DNA of 63,154 bases, counting the filler, from Rhabdomonas costata (lineage: Eukaryota), in the NCBI GenBank assembly GCA_019059605.1. It is 56 parts of 56 records of this genome, joined end to end, with 100 filler letters (N's around TTAATTAATTAA, not from the genome) between each part and the next. Parts side by side here need not be neighbours in the genome. Positions count along the whole stretch, not along the records: positions 24,860 to 25,889 come from JAHMHO010032544.1; positions 25,990 to 27,017 come from JAHMHO010032545.1; positions 27,118 to 28,150 come from JAHMHO010032546.1; positions 28,251 to 29,280 come from JAHMHO010032547.1; positions 29,381 to 30,409 come from JAHMHO010032548.1; positions 30,510 to 31,538 come from JAHMHO010032549.1; positions 31,639 to 32,667 come from JAHMHO010032550.1; positions 32,768 to 33,796 come from JAHMHO010032551.1; 48 more parts are not named here. The stretch is one strand, 5' to 3'. How positions within the stretch are numbered: the stretch's first letter is position 1; each line of letters starts with the position of its first letter. The position numbers and the translations under genes are program-made. Below the pieces are notes generated by a model. It did not search any database and had not been told where the DNA came from. It was given only the letters and a program-made list of their open reading frames with translations. Below are positions 24,760 to 35,948 of the stretch, piece by piece.

Positions 24760-25989
24760 NNNNNNNNNNNNNNNNNNNNNNNNNNNNNNNNNNNNNNNNN
24801 NNNTTAATTAATTAANNNNNNNNNNNNNNNNNNNNNNNNNNNNNNNNNNNNNNNNNNNNCGGCGGGACGCTCAGCACAGACACAGGCAAAGGGAGCCGAG
24901 AAAGCCAAACGAAGGAGGTAGAGAGGCGGAGGAAAGCACAGTAAGCACGCTGGACCAGAACGTCCTTATTAGAAAGCCACACACGTTCCACAAGCACACA
25001 AATACGAAAACAACCACCATCGGCGGACTCGGCAGAAGGCGTAGACCATGGTTATGGTCAGAGCGATGCTTTATACATGGCTGCGTTGCTTGATTGCTGC
25101 ATTTATTATGCGGGAATAGATAAAATACATCCTCACTTTTCATGGCAGAAGGTACTAGCCGAGGCAGCTCGAGGCAGGCATCACGTCGAAAGGATCTCTC
25201 CACATGCACTGGGAACTTCAACTTACGACATCAATTCTGAAGGCAGCCCAGGAATTCATCGCACGATGGCCACCAATCTCTGTTGTATTGAGGGAAACCT
25301 CAACCGCGTCATTCTCACTTCGCTGCGGAAAATCGGAGGAGCCCAAACGAGTGGAGCGCCACTCGCAAGGTCCGATCCAACCGAACGTGCCGCGGAGAAG
25401 GGCAAGAACCAGTACTGCTTACAATGAAGAGAAGGGAATGCAGGGGAGGGGGGCAGAGCGACTGAGCGCAAAGTGGAGATCAACAGTGAGTGTTCGATGG
25501 GGGTGGGCATATAGGGTGGAGGATCGGCACCACAGACGGTACGGGAAGGGTGAAGTGGAAGGAAACGGCATGCAAACACGCGCAGTTCAACACGAGTAGG
25601 AAACCCGCTTTATGATCTCCAAGAACACTTCCCGTTTTCTGCTGCATTTCTCGCACCCACCCAGCACCAGCCCCCGTGTGTGAGTCTGTTTGTGTGGTTG
25701 CAGTAGTGTACGCGGGTAGGCGTGAGCTGCGCAGCGGCGCATTCACGGAAAAAAGAAGAGAACAACAAAGGAGCACGGCAGTGGAGTGAGGAGGAGCCCT
25801 TATCATACACTGCAAGGTGGGGGGTACGCCCCTGGCTTACGGCAACCCAGCAAACAAAGGCGTACCCTCTCCTCGAAATGAAAAAACACNNNNNNNNNNN
25901 NNNNNNNNNNNNNNNNNNNNNNNNNNNNNNNNNTTAATTAATTAANNNNNNNNNNNNNNNNNNNNNNNNNNNNNNNNNNNNNNNNNNNN

Positions 25990-27017
25990 GGGGTTGGGGA
26001 GTGTGGGTGAGTTGTCGGTTGTAAGTTGAGGGTGTGAAGATTTGGGGGTTCTTCTTGCGGTTATGGATTCGGCCTTCGGTTTTGGCCTTCGTGTCTTGGG
26101 TTCGTGCTCGCTTCTCTGGATGTGGATATGGCCTTCTGTCTCTGATTCGCGTATCTGTGTCGGGGTTCTTCGGCGTGTTTCCATCTTACCCATTGGTTTT
26201 GGAGTGCATTTTCCAGTGCGTGCGGTTTCGGATCCTGGCTCTTCTCATGGTCGTTCGGGTTCGATGTTTGGGTTCTGGATTCTGGGTTTGTATGCCAATG
26301 TGGCATGGTTTCTAGGTACTCTAGCATGGGCATAAGTTGTTTGGGCTATGGGGTCGCTTCTCTGGTTTCGGGGTTCGAGTGGTGGATAAGGGTGTATCTG
26401 TATCGAAGCAGTGTCGTGGGATGTAGGGTGGTAGGAATGGTGCTTCTGTGTACGGGTTGGCGGTATTGGGTTCAGCTTCTGCGTTGGCGGTGCTGGGATG
26501 TGTGCGCATGTGTGGGTTTGTAGTGGGGCTAGGATTCGATGTTGGGATAAGTTGTCATGGGAGGTGCGATGGGGGTTACGGGTTCGGATGAAGGGGTCAC
26601 GTTGCGCTGTTCTTCGGTGGTCAGGGGCTGGGTTCAGTGTTGTACATGTATTGGATGTGCGCAGGGGTGTCGCGGGGTTTCTTTTGGTGGCGTTCTGTGG
26701 ATTTCGGTGTCGTGTGGATGGGTGGTGATGGTAAGTGCGTAATATGTGCATGTGGTGTGGTAGATAGTGGTGCTCAGTGTTTGTGCGTGGATGGTGGTGT
26801 GCCCTTGGTGTGGTGTGTTTGGTATCAGGATATCTGTGTTACTTACCCATTGTGTATTCGCGTATCCATGTGTATTGGGATGGTATTTGTGGAGTGGGGA
26901 GTGTGGGTGAGTTGTCGGTTGTAAGTTGAGGGTGTGAAGATTTGGAGGTGCTATGGGTCAGTGCAGTGTTGGGATGTGTACAATGGGTTGTTCCTCGCGC
27001 GTATGGATACCCAAAAA
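25990..27017 (+). repeat. G+T-skewed low-complexity contig with a 51-bp exact direct repeat
   Basis: 25995-26045 equals 26895-26945; the plus strand is strongly depleted in A and C. Confidence 0.75.
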
Positions 27018-27540
27018 NNNNNNNNNNNNNNNNNNNNNNNNNNNNNNNNNNNNNNNNNNNNTTAATTAATTAANNNNNNNNNNNNNNNNNNNNNNNNNNN
27101 NNNNNNNNNNNNNNNNNGTTGTTGAGAATCCTTGTGCCCTCATGTATCTCGAAGGTCCTTAGCGGGTTCCCTTCGCTTTGCTGAGTTTCTTGAGCCGGAT
27201 CCCCAACTGAATGAAGAATACTGCAGCCATGTTCACTGATTGTACAAAAGGAAAAGGAAACAGCAAGAATCACTGGGCCAACTGAGTTACAGAGGGATAG
27301 GCCTGAGAAGAGGGCGCGTGACAGGGGTTTGACAGTGGACGAAGAGCGAGAGCTTTTCGAGAGGTCAATGAACTTGAGAGAGAAACCGCAGAGGGGCTTC
27401 ACTGGGCTATGAGGGCGTCTTCACCATGGACTCAGGAAACTCCTACGTTTTATCCTCTGCTAATGCTGTCGCTGTGGAAAAGGGGTAAGGTAGCAGGAAG
27501 AGACGAACCTATCGTTCTCTTGTCGTGATTCACCCTGCAG

Positions 27541-27660
27541 CTCATGGACGAGATGTGCACCACCTTGGGAGGCACTGCGGCAGAAAAGCTTGTGTTCCAG
27601 CACAAGAGCACCGGCGCCGCGGACGACCTCTCCCGCGTCACCAGGCTGGCCTACAAGCAG
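27541..27660 (+). CDS. Exon of an FtsH-family (AFG3/paraplegin-like) M41 protease domain
   Basis: LMDEMCTTLGGTAAEKLVFQHKSTGAADDLSRVTRLAYKQ (LGGR.AE...TGA.DDL..VT motif); ctgcag| ... |gttcc. Confidence 0.9.
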
Positions 27661-28254
27661 GTTCCCTCTTCTTTCGCTGCCCGTCCCCTCCTTTATGCAT
27701 CCTCTCCTTCCTGTTCCGCAGGGTTCTTTTTCTCGCGCTCGAAACAAGTCTCCTCGTCCCGGTCAACGCTCTTTGCACTTTTGCAGTCTTCCCCCACGGG
27801 TTGCACTCCAGCGCAACCACATGGCAAGAATTATTGATGTCTCTCCAGTGTGTGCGGGTCCTGGGCCCTTTCGCATCCGCCGAAGGAGCAGTTCCCTCCC
27901 CATCTCTCGGTTCTTGCAATATCTATGTTTTCCCCTCCCCGTCTGCTCGGGCCGAGCTGTTATTTGAAAATGATGCTCCCTAAATCTGGACCTCAGCCTG
28001 ACCCCACTTCTGCCCTTACTTTACTTCTTGAGCACGGTCCTCCTAAGAGTAGTGGTCCCTTTCCTCCAACACAGCTTTGGCTTCTTCCTGAGCGTCTCAA
28101 CTGGTTCGTAGGCTCTACTCCACGAGGAATGATTAGCAAAAAGGGCGCAANNNNNNNNNNNNNNNNNNNNNNNNNNNNNNNNNNNNNNNNNNNNTTAATT
28201 AATTAANNNNNNNNNNNNNNNNNNNNNNNNNNNNNNNNNNNNNNNNNNNNATAG

Positions 28255-29280
28255 TGACCCCGGCCACGCCAACGTGCGGGAGCACAAGCTTTGTTTGCCC
28301 GGTGGGCTTCGCCGCGAACGCGAACAGCGCGAGCACGGTTTGCTCTTCGGGGAACTGCAGCGCAGCAGAGTGCTGCATTGGTACGACCTCTGCTTAGAGC
28401 ACACCCCTTGTCAGCTTGGTAATTGCTGGGTGGTGTGTTGAAGAATGAGGCTTTTCAACCGTTCAGAGGTCAGCGGTCGCCAGCGGTTTGGGTTATGCGC
28501 CGCGCATAGTGTTGCGTTACTAAGGCCTGCAACTACACGAACAACTGGGGTGGTGCGTGCATTTGAAGGTTTACGGTTGGTCAGCAATTCAGCTCTTGCG
28601 TGTATTCAAAGCTGTTCCGAGCCCTTCGACGACCTGCGGTGGTGTCAGCTTTGAATGTCCCATGGGGTATGCCGCGAACAACCCGAGCACGGTTTGCTCT
28701 TCGGGGAACTGCAGCGAAGCGGAGTGCTGCACAGGTGTGCCGTGTGTTTGTTGCTGAGCTGTTTGAGCTCGTTCCCCGTGGGCTGCTTTTCCTTCCCTTT
28801 TTTGTTTGCATTCTTTTTTCCTTTTGGTTGCAGTGCTGCGCCTTATCCTTCTTTTTTTTTTTTGCTCGCCCACCCCAGCCGTCGGGCTGCGGTTGGTATA
28901 AACACTGTACTCAGCCACTGTGTGGCCAAGCGCTACGCACTGCTTGGAGGGGAAAGGCCAACTGCCCTTCCAAGTTGTAGAAGACGGGGGGAGCGGTCGG
29001 TTTTGTCCTTAAGTGTTTCGAGGAAGTCCAGCTGGAGGAAGCACTTTGCCTTGATTGCCTTTCTCAAGAAGTAGTGCTTTTTTGTCTGTCATTCTCGCGT
29101 TTGATTTCATGGTGGTTATGATGTTGTATAAATATAAGGGCTTCTCCTTTGGAATAGTGACCCCGGCCACGCCAACGTGCGGGAGCACAAGCTTTGTTTG
29201 CCCGGTGGGCTTCGCCGCGAACGCGAACAGCGCGAGCACGGTTTGCTCTTCGGGGAACTGCAGCGCAGCAGAGTGCTGCA
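28255..29280 (+). CDS. Tandem Cys-rich repeat exons (28255-28380, 28612-28734, 29158-29280)
   Basis: Each encodes C-x6-CPxG(F/Y)-x9/10-C-x4-C-x4-CC; the complete exons are AG/GT-bounded and phase 1-1; 28251-28377 is identical to 29154-29280. Confidence 0.85.
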
Positions 29281-30509
29281 NNNNNNNNNNNNNNNNNNNN
29301 NNNNNNNNNNNNNNNNNNNNNNNNTTAATTAATTAANNNNNNNNNNNNNNNNNNNNNNNNNNNNNNNNNNNNNNNNNNNNGGTGGTGTTGTTGTTGGAGT
29401 GAGGGGTGGGGGGTCAGGAGGAGGAGCTGGAGCAGCTGAGGAAGCGGTTTTTGCACAGCGAGGGCAGCCCAGCGGCAAAGGTGTGCTGCAGACTGCACCG
29501 ATACAATTTGAGAAGCAGGAGTCTCCAGTGACTTGTTACTGCTGTTTGCAACTTTTATTTCGAATGTTTATGAACCAAATTAGAGCAAAAAAAATCCAAG
29601 TTATGGTGATTCCTGCGAGAATTAGCCACGAACCGCTTCTTCGACCCCCACCTGAATTATCGTGAAAAAGTTCGCGCACGCTGCAACTGAGAGAGGGGGG
29701 GCAGTTCAGGCAGCACACGCATCAGAACATCATCATCCGCATGAATGAATCGCACTTTTGGGGGTTGCAAGAATGGCGAAGAGGATATCCAAAATCATAA
29801 AATGCCACCACAACAACAGGTCAACAAGGATTGTTTGGTTCTTCCCCTGGGACTTCCAGTGATAGGGCATCCTGCCATCACATCCTCTTCTTGTGTTGAT
29901 TACCTTCTTGCAGCCTTCCTTCCTGGACGTCGCCTTTGTTTTCGGTTTACTTTTGCACTGGCTCCCCCTCCCCCCCCCACACACACACACACACTCTGTA
30001 GACTCTGTAGATTCTTTCTGCCAACTGCCCTTAGAAGAAACACTTGCAGTTCCTTGGTTGGTGAATAATTTTGAAATTGGAGGGGGTGCAGGGTTGTCTC
30101 GCCTGAAGGCAGAGCCCACTTTCTCTATTTTTAGATTTGTACTTGGAAAATTTCACTTTAACGAGTTGAACAGGAAATTCTATAAATGAGAATTACTGGA
30201 AATTATTGGAACCTTTAAGTCAGCTCTTTCCGCTCGCCCAACAATGCCTTTCTGCCTGAATTTTTGCTGGCCAAATGACCAGCAGACCAGTGATTCAGGT
30301 TCACATCCTCACCCCCACTTTTCTGTGCTTGGTTGGAAGTTGCTCTGACTTTGGAAATCGTGTCACAGGGGCATATGCGGGGTAGCCCCGTGCCCTCCAC
30401 CACCAGCAGNNNNNNNNNNNNNNNNNNNNNNNNNNNNNNNNNNNNNNNNNNNNTTAATTAATTAANNNNNNNNNNNNNNNNNNNNNNNNNNNNNNNNNNN
30501 NNNNNNNNN

Positions 30510-31538
30510 AAGGAGGGTCACGCTGAAGTGTGCCTGAAGCTGCTCGAGCTTCGGGCCAGCGTCGACGCAAAAGATAGGGATGGCAAGACTGCCCTCATCT
30601 TTGCGGTCGAAGAGGAGCAGGCCGAAGTTACCCTGCTTTTACTCACATACAAAGCAGATCCCAACACAGTGCTTGGCTCCGGAAGGACTCTTTTAATATA
30701 CTCCATTGAGAAAGGTTTTGTCGAGATGTGTCACAAGCTGGTGGAATTAAAGGCCGATATCGGCGCGAAGGACAAAGACTTCCGCACCCCACTGATGGTT
30801 GCCGCGGAGCAAGGGCTCGAAGACGTGTGTGACCTGTTGCTGAAGCTTGGCGTTGATGTCACGGACAAGGACTATGGGGGGAAGTCTTCCCTGATGTTTG
30901 CCGCGGAGCAAGGACTTTCTCGTGTTTGCCTTGCTCTCATTGACCGGAAAGCGGATGTCGGCACCCCGGACTTCTTAGGCAACACCCCGCTGGCTTTCGC
31001 CGCGGAGAGGATGCTTAGTGATGTGTGCCTCAAGCTTCTAGAATGCAAAGCCTGTCCCAACATTTTTATTGGTTGCAATGGCTTGTCTCTTATGTTGTAT
31101 GTCATTGAGAAAGGTCTCGTTGAAGTTGGGCTGAAGCTTTTGGAAAGTGGAGTTGATGTCAACGTTGTTGACGCCTCTGGAAACTTTCCACTGATTGCAG
31201 CCGCTGAAAAAGGACTGGGTCTGCTGTGCCTGCAGCTTTTGGAGCACCGCGCCGACGTCTGCGCGAGAGACAGAAATGGTAACACCCCTTTGATGTATGC
31301 CGCCGAGAAGGGTCTCGCCGAGGTCTGCCTAAAACTTCTGGAGCTGAAGGCTGACGTGAATGCCGTGAATGAAACCGGGGTGGCACCTCTGGCCTGTGCC
31401 GCAGGGCAGGGCCACTCTGGACTTTGCATCCAGCTTGTAGAGTCGATGGCGGATGTGAACGCGAAGGATAATTGTCGAAAGACTCCTGTTATGTATGCTG
31501 CCGAGGGAGGACACACAGGCGTGTGCATGACCTTGCTC
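30510..31538 (+). CDS. Ankyrin-repeat protein fragment (about 10 repeats, no intron)
   Basis: Open frame with recurring G.TPLM.AAE.GL.EVCL.LLE.KADVNA.D. Confidence 0.95.
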
Positions 31539-33367
31539 NNNNNNNNNNNNNNNNNNNNNNNNNNNNNNNNNNNNNNNNNNNNTTAATTAATTAANNNNNN
31601 NNNNNNNNNNNNNNNNNNNNNNNNNNNNNNNNNNNNNNGTTTTGGGGCGATAGATGCCCCCATGCTACGCCTTTCTTCTGCGGGTTCCCAGTCGTTTCTG
31701 CGGGGGACCTTTCAGGGTGCAGTAGACGCGTTTGCATTTTTGGGATGCCGACTTGGGGCCTACCTGCACGCGCGCAACTTTTGCGAGGGATTCATATCTC
31801 GAAGGAACTCCCATGCCTGCAAAACGGCTGCGTCAGTTGGGCTTTCCGCCGTAGCGGGGCGAGGGCCCGACCTGGAGGTCCCCCCGGAGAACGGAGTCAT
31901 CCGAGTCCTCTGCGACGGAACCGACTCCAAGGGGCTCCCGGAAGCTCGGCTGGGCATAAAAGCGGACAGCAAAGTGTCCGCGCAGACAAAGACCCGAACC
32001 GCTCCGCACGGCAATACTCGACGGTTCCGCAACGCTAATTGCATGGATCAGATGAAACCTCATCCTGCAACTGTACCGCACGCTCTGAGGCCCCCACTCC
32101 GCTTGTGGGGTGGCAACCGTCGCTGCTAGGCAAACTATAACAAGGAAGCCAGCAAAAATGAACCGCTTGAACAACGAGGAAACCCTTCATGACAGCGGGA
32201 AAGAGCAGATCACCCGACACACGGATTCTGTTTGTCACCACACACCTGGCCGGAAGTGGTAGCTGAGAGTTATGCCTCTAACTTAACTTCCCACGCATGC
32301 TGTTGTCATGGGATTTGGCTCCTTACGGTCCAGGGAATCCCCCCCCCCCCGAAATCCGTTATTTCCCCCTAATTCCGGTTCTCAAGAATTCCTAAGAGAG
32401 AAAACTGTTCTATCCTCCCTTTCGTCCCCATTACTCCTTCAGATTCGTATTTTTTTCCGCAGCCCTACCTTCACAGCAACTACAGGTGGACTGTTCCCGC
32501 AAATACAATTTGCGGGGACACATAAAATTTTCCAGCGCAGCAATTCGTAAGGCAAGTAACACCCCAAAAGTAAGAGAATAGTGCGCAACCAATTCCGATG
32601 TGAAGCTTTTTCACAGTGACTTTCAAACGGTGGCCTTTTTCGGCGTTGGAGATTCTGCTTTTACCGTNNNNNNNNNNNNNNNNNNNNNNNNNNNNNNNNN
32701 NNNNNNNNNNNTTAATTAATTAANNNNNNNNNNNNNNNNNNNNNNNNNNNNNNNNNNNNNNNNNNNNGGGGGGGTGGGTGAGAAATAGTGTCGGATTGAC
32801 AGTCACACACCAAAGCTAAAGACTCTTGTGCTACAATAAACTCGTATGCTAAAATCAAGCAGAGCAATGGAGCCGTCGGTGCAGCGAAACAAAAACGGAC
32901 CAAAACAACGATGGAAGTGAAGAAGAAGCACCCACAGCGTAAGTTTTTCAAATATTGGCTTGGGGTGAGCAGAACAGAGGTGAGCTTCAGCGTAACCAAA
33001 ATGTCAGAGGAGTGATGAAGAGGGGATGGACCTCAGCTTGGCTGCACGTGGCCACCAGGGCGGGGTCAAGGCTGCTGCCTGCTAGCTGCGTTTGGTCTGA
33101 AAAGCGACGGTTTGGTTACGCAGGTACACATAAACCAAAGAAACCAACGAGATACAAAGAAGGAGCCCCACTCTCACGCACTTCCCTGGAGGATATGAAT
33201 ACGGGCACCACAACCACTCTGGTAAAGAAGAACACACTATGTGTGCAACTGTCATGGAACGACTTTTCCAGGGGAACGCCCCGGTTCCCCTGCACCCATG
33301 CCCATAGCCTCCACAGCCTGTGTACTGGATGCTCGGGATACATTTCTTCTTCTCTTCAGGTTAAGCT

Positions 33368-33533
33368 CTAGAGGGCAAAGCCGCAGCAGCCTCGGCGTCT
33401 TTTGAATGTGCAGTGGGCCTCCCGAAACGCTGCATGGCCCGTCCTTGCTCGGCCCGTGCCCCTTGACGGCTCTTCTATTTTTATCTTGTGCCACTTCTTT
33501 CCCCAGCGCAGCGGAGGGTTTATCGACGGCACC
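33368..33533 (+). repeat. Interspersed repeat, copy 1
   Basis: Aligns by eye with the reverse complement of 40826-40997 (shared blocks CAGTGGGCCTCCCGAAA, CCCGTGCCCCTTG, CGCAGCGGAGGGTTT). Confidence 0.85.
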
Positions 33534-33944
33534 TACAACTTCTTTTCTTCCAGGAGGCGCGTTACCGGCAGCATCTCGCCATGTCCGTTTCATTTCGATC
33601 TAAATTCATGTCCACTACACGGCTCCACGGCTTTTATGGCTTCCCACTGCTAATTCGGCCCTGTTATTAAGACATCCAGGTGACGCTGCTTACTTATTTG
33701 CGCCCAACCGCACACCAGGTACACAGGAGCAAGAAAACAAGGTCGAACGTCCCCTCATTGCCCAACTCATGACAGCTGTTGACACACCACAACACCNNNN
33801 NNNNNNNNNNNNNNNNNNNNNNNNNNNNNNNNNNNNNNNNTTAATTAATTAANNNNNNNNNNNNNNNNNNNNNNNNNNNNNNNNNNNNNNNNNNNNTTTT
33901 GGTTGTGAGTCGCATGGTGGTGGCAGTGGGTTTGGTGTGCACAG

Positions 33945-34115
33945 GCGGGTTCAGTGACCAGTGCCGTGATTCTCATGGGCTCTGATGGTCGTTCGAAGGG
34001 CTCCGGGCTGGTGGAGTTTTCTTCGGCCCAGGAGGCCTTCTCTGCCCTGCGTACCATGCACGATACCGAGCTGGATGGCCGGGTGATCCAGGTCCGTGAG
34101 GACCGCGAGGGCTAA
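33945..34115 (+). CDS. Terminal exon of an RRM protein (Gbp1/GBP2/hnRNP-M-like)
   Basis: AGSVTSAVILMGSDGRSKGSGLVEFSSAQEAFSALRTMHDTELDGRVIQVREDREG-TAA; RNP1 KGSGLVEF; acceptor cacag|. Not in the ORF track. Confidence 0.9.
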   Translation, partial: AGSVTSAVILMGSDGRSKGSGLVEFSSAQEAFSALRTMHDTELDGRVIQVREDREG

Positions 34116-35727
34116 GCGCACCTGCGGACACACCCTCAGGGGCCCTTCGGTGTCATCACCAAATGCACGGAAGCTTCCTCACTGTTTTCGGACAAACCAG
34201 GCTGTATTTTGTTATGGTTACGCTTTTGAGGAGCGCATTTTTTTGAAGCGGAAAACGAGGAAGGAACAGAGGAAGCACTGATTTTAGGGTTGCGCAACTT
34301 TTTGCACCGTTTTTGCACCGTGCTTTGCCAGGTCGATTGTTTAAAATTCAAAGTTCTTTTTTAGGGTACAAGCCAGTCTCAAGTCGTTGGGTTACCCCTT
34401 GCTCTTCATTTTGGTCATGCGAGGTCGGTCGTTTATTGGGTCTATACTAGATATTCCGATTAGCAGTGGACTGAAGTTGCTGTGGTTCTCACCAAAGGCC
34501 AATCGCGTTGCTAACGAAGTCATGTGAGCGCAGTTGCCTCACAGTTGCTTCACAATGTGGTGGGCCTATTAGCGCCCTCGCTTTCGTGATGCTTGGCAGC
34601 TACTCGGAGTCTAGTTCCGTGGAGAGGGTAACCTGGAATTTGACGAGGTTGTAATCTCATCAACCGTGACCATTTCTGACGTTGCATCACAACCAACCAA
34701 ACTCATGTCCTTTACTGCACCCTTCAGCCGCGGAAGGCTGAAGGAAATGAAGGCTGAAGGATTCTTGAACCCATTGCTGGCAGCTATTCTCTTAACTTTA
34801 GGGAAGCAAGGGCAAAAGAGAAACTATCCAAATACTGTCCTGAGCAAAGGAAGAAAATGTCCTCTGGAAAGCCCGGGGTGTGCCGGCTGTGTGGTGAGCC
34901 CACAAACCCCAAACACACCCACCACNNNNNNNNNNNNNNNNNNNNNNNNNNNNNNNNNNNNNNNNNNNNTTAATTAATTAANNNNNNNNNNNNNNNNNNN
35001 NNNNNNNNNNNNNNNNNNNNNNNNNTGTTGGTGTGTTTGGGGGTTGTTGTCACAAGGAATCGGAGAGGTGGAAGAACCAGAACTTCTGGGTCGGTGATTG
35101 GTTCGGATCTCCGGAGTTGGCGGAGAAGGCTAGGACTTGGCCATATCCCTACGGCATGCTGGAGGCAAAGGGTTGCCTTGGTTGCGAGAGGAGCGCCTCT
35201 GTCTTGGACAGCACTTTTGACGGTACGAGAAACTGCTCCTGGAATAGTGACCTCCAGTGGTCGCGGGTGCCAGTCTTCTGGCACTTCTTACAGCCTTTGT
35301 TCAGGGGCATGGACAGACCGCAGCATAGCCAACGGACTTAAAGGAAGGAGTCAGAAATTACTACCGAGTCATCTGAACGCGGAGGTGGTTGGACTCAATA
35401 TGGTTGAGAGGGGCCTGGCTGCCCAACCTTTTAGTACTGCCATCTGGTTCGAAATTACAATTATTTGCGGCGGACTAGGTTCAGAAACTTTCCTTGACCT
35501 GTGAGCACCCCCAGCTTGAACTCTGAGATCGGTCCATCCTTGCTCTGAATCCAGACGTCATGGCGTGGGGGTTCTTCCATAAAAAACAACCAAGCCACAC
35601 GAGCAAAAAGGCGAAGAAGGGAAAAGCGCATTATGTTTCAAAGAATGATTTTCCCATGGTGTTAAAAACAGGGGTACTTCTTCCTGCTTTCTCTCATAAT
35701 ACATTGCAGGTTATTTGAACCTATGAG

Positions 35728-35948
35728 ATGTCACGTTGGGACATCCTCGTGGTGGTTTTCATCTTGAGTGTTTCCTTCGTCAATAGTATGGAGCAAAATG
35801 ACACACTCAGCGACGTTTCATCTCCTTTGCTTGGGGCCGAGGCCAATGATGTCTTTGAAAGCTCACAGGTTAATGTGAGTTTTGGCCGACAGTTTGGCGT
35901 CAATTTCGACGTGGACACCGCCTATAGAAAACTGTTACAGGAAAAAGG
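35728..35948 (+). CDS. Possible first exon of a secreted protein
   Basis: MSRWDILVVVFILSVSFVNS is signal-peptide-like; donor |gtact follows RKLLQEK. Confidence 0.35.

Noticed and set aside
30872-31528. Long antisense ORFs (also 45485-46006 and 10408-10737)
   Set aside because: Shadows of GC3-rich real exons on the opposite strand
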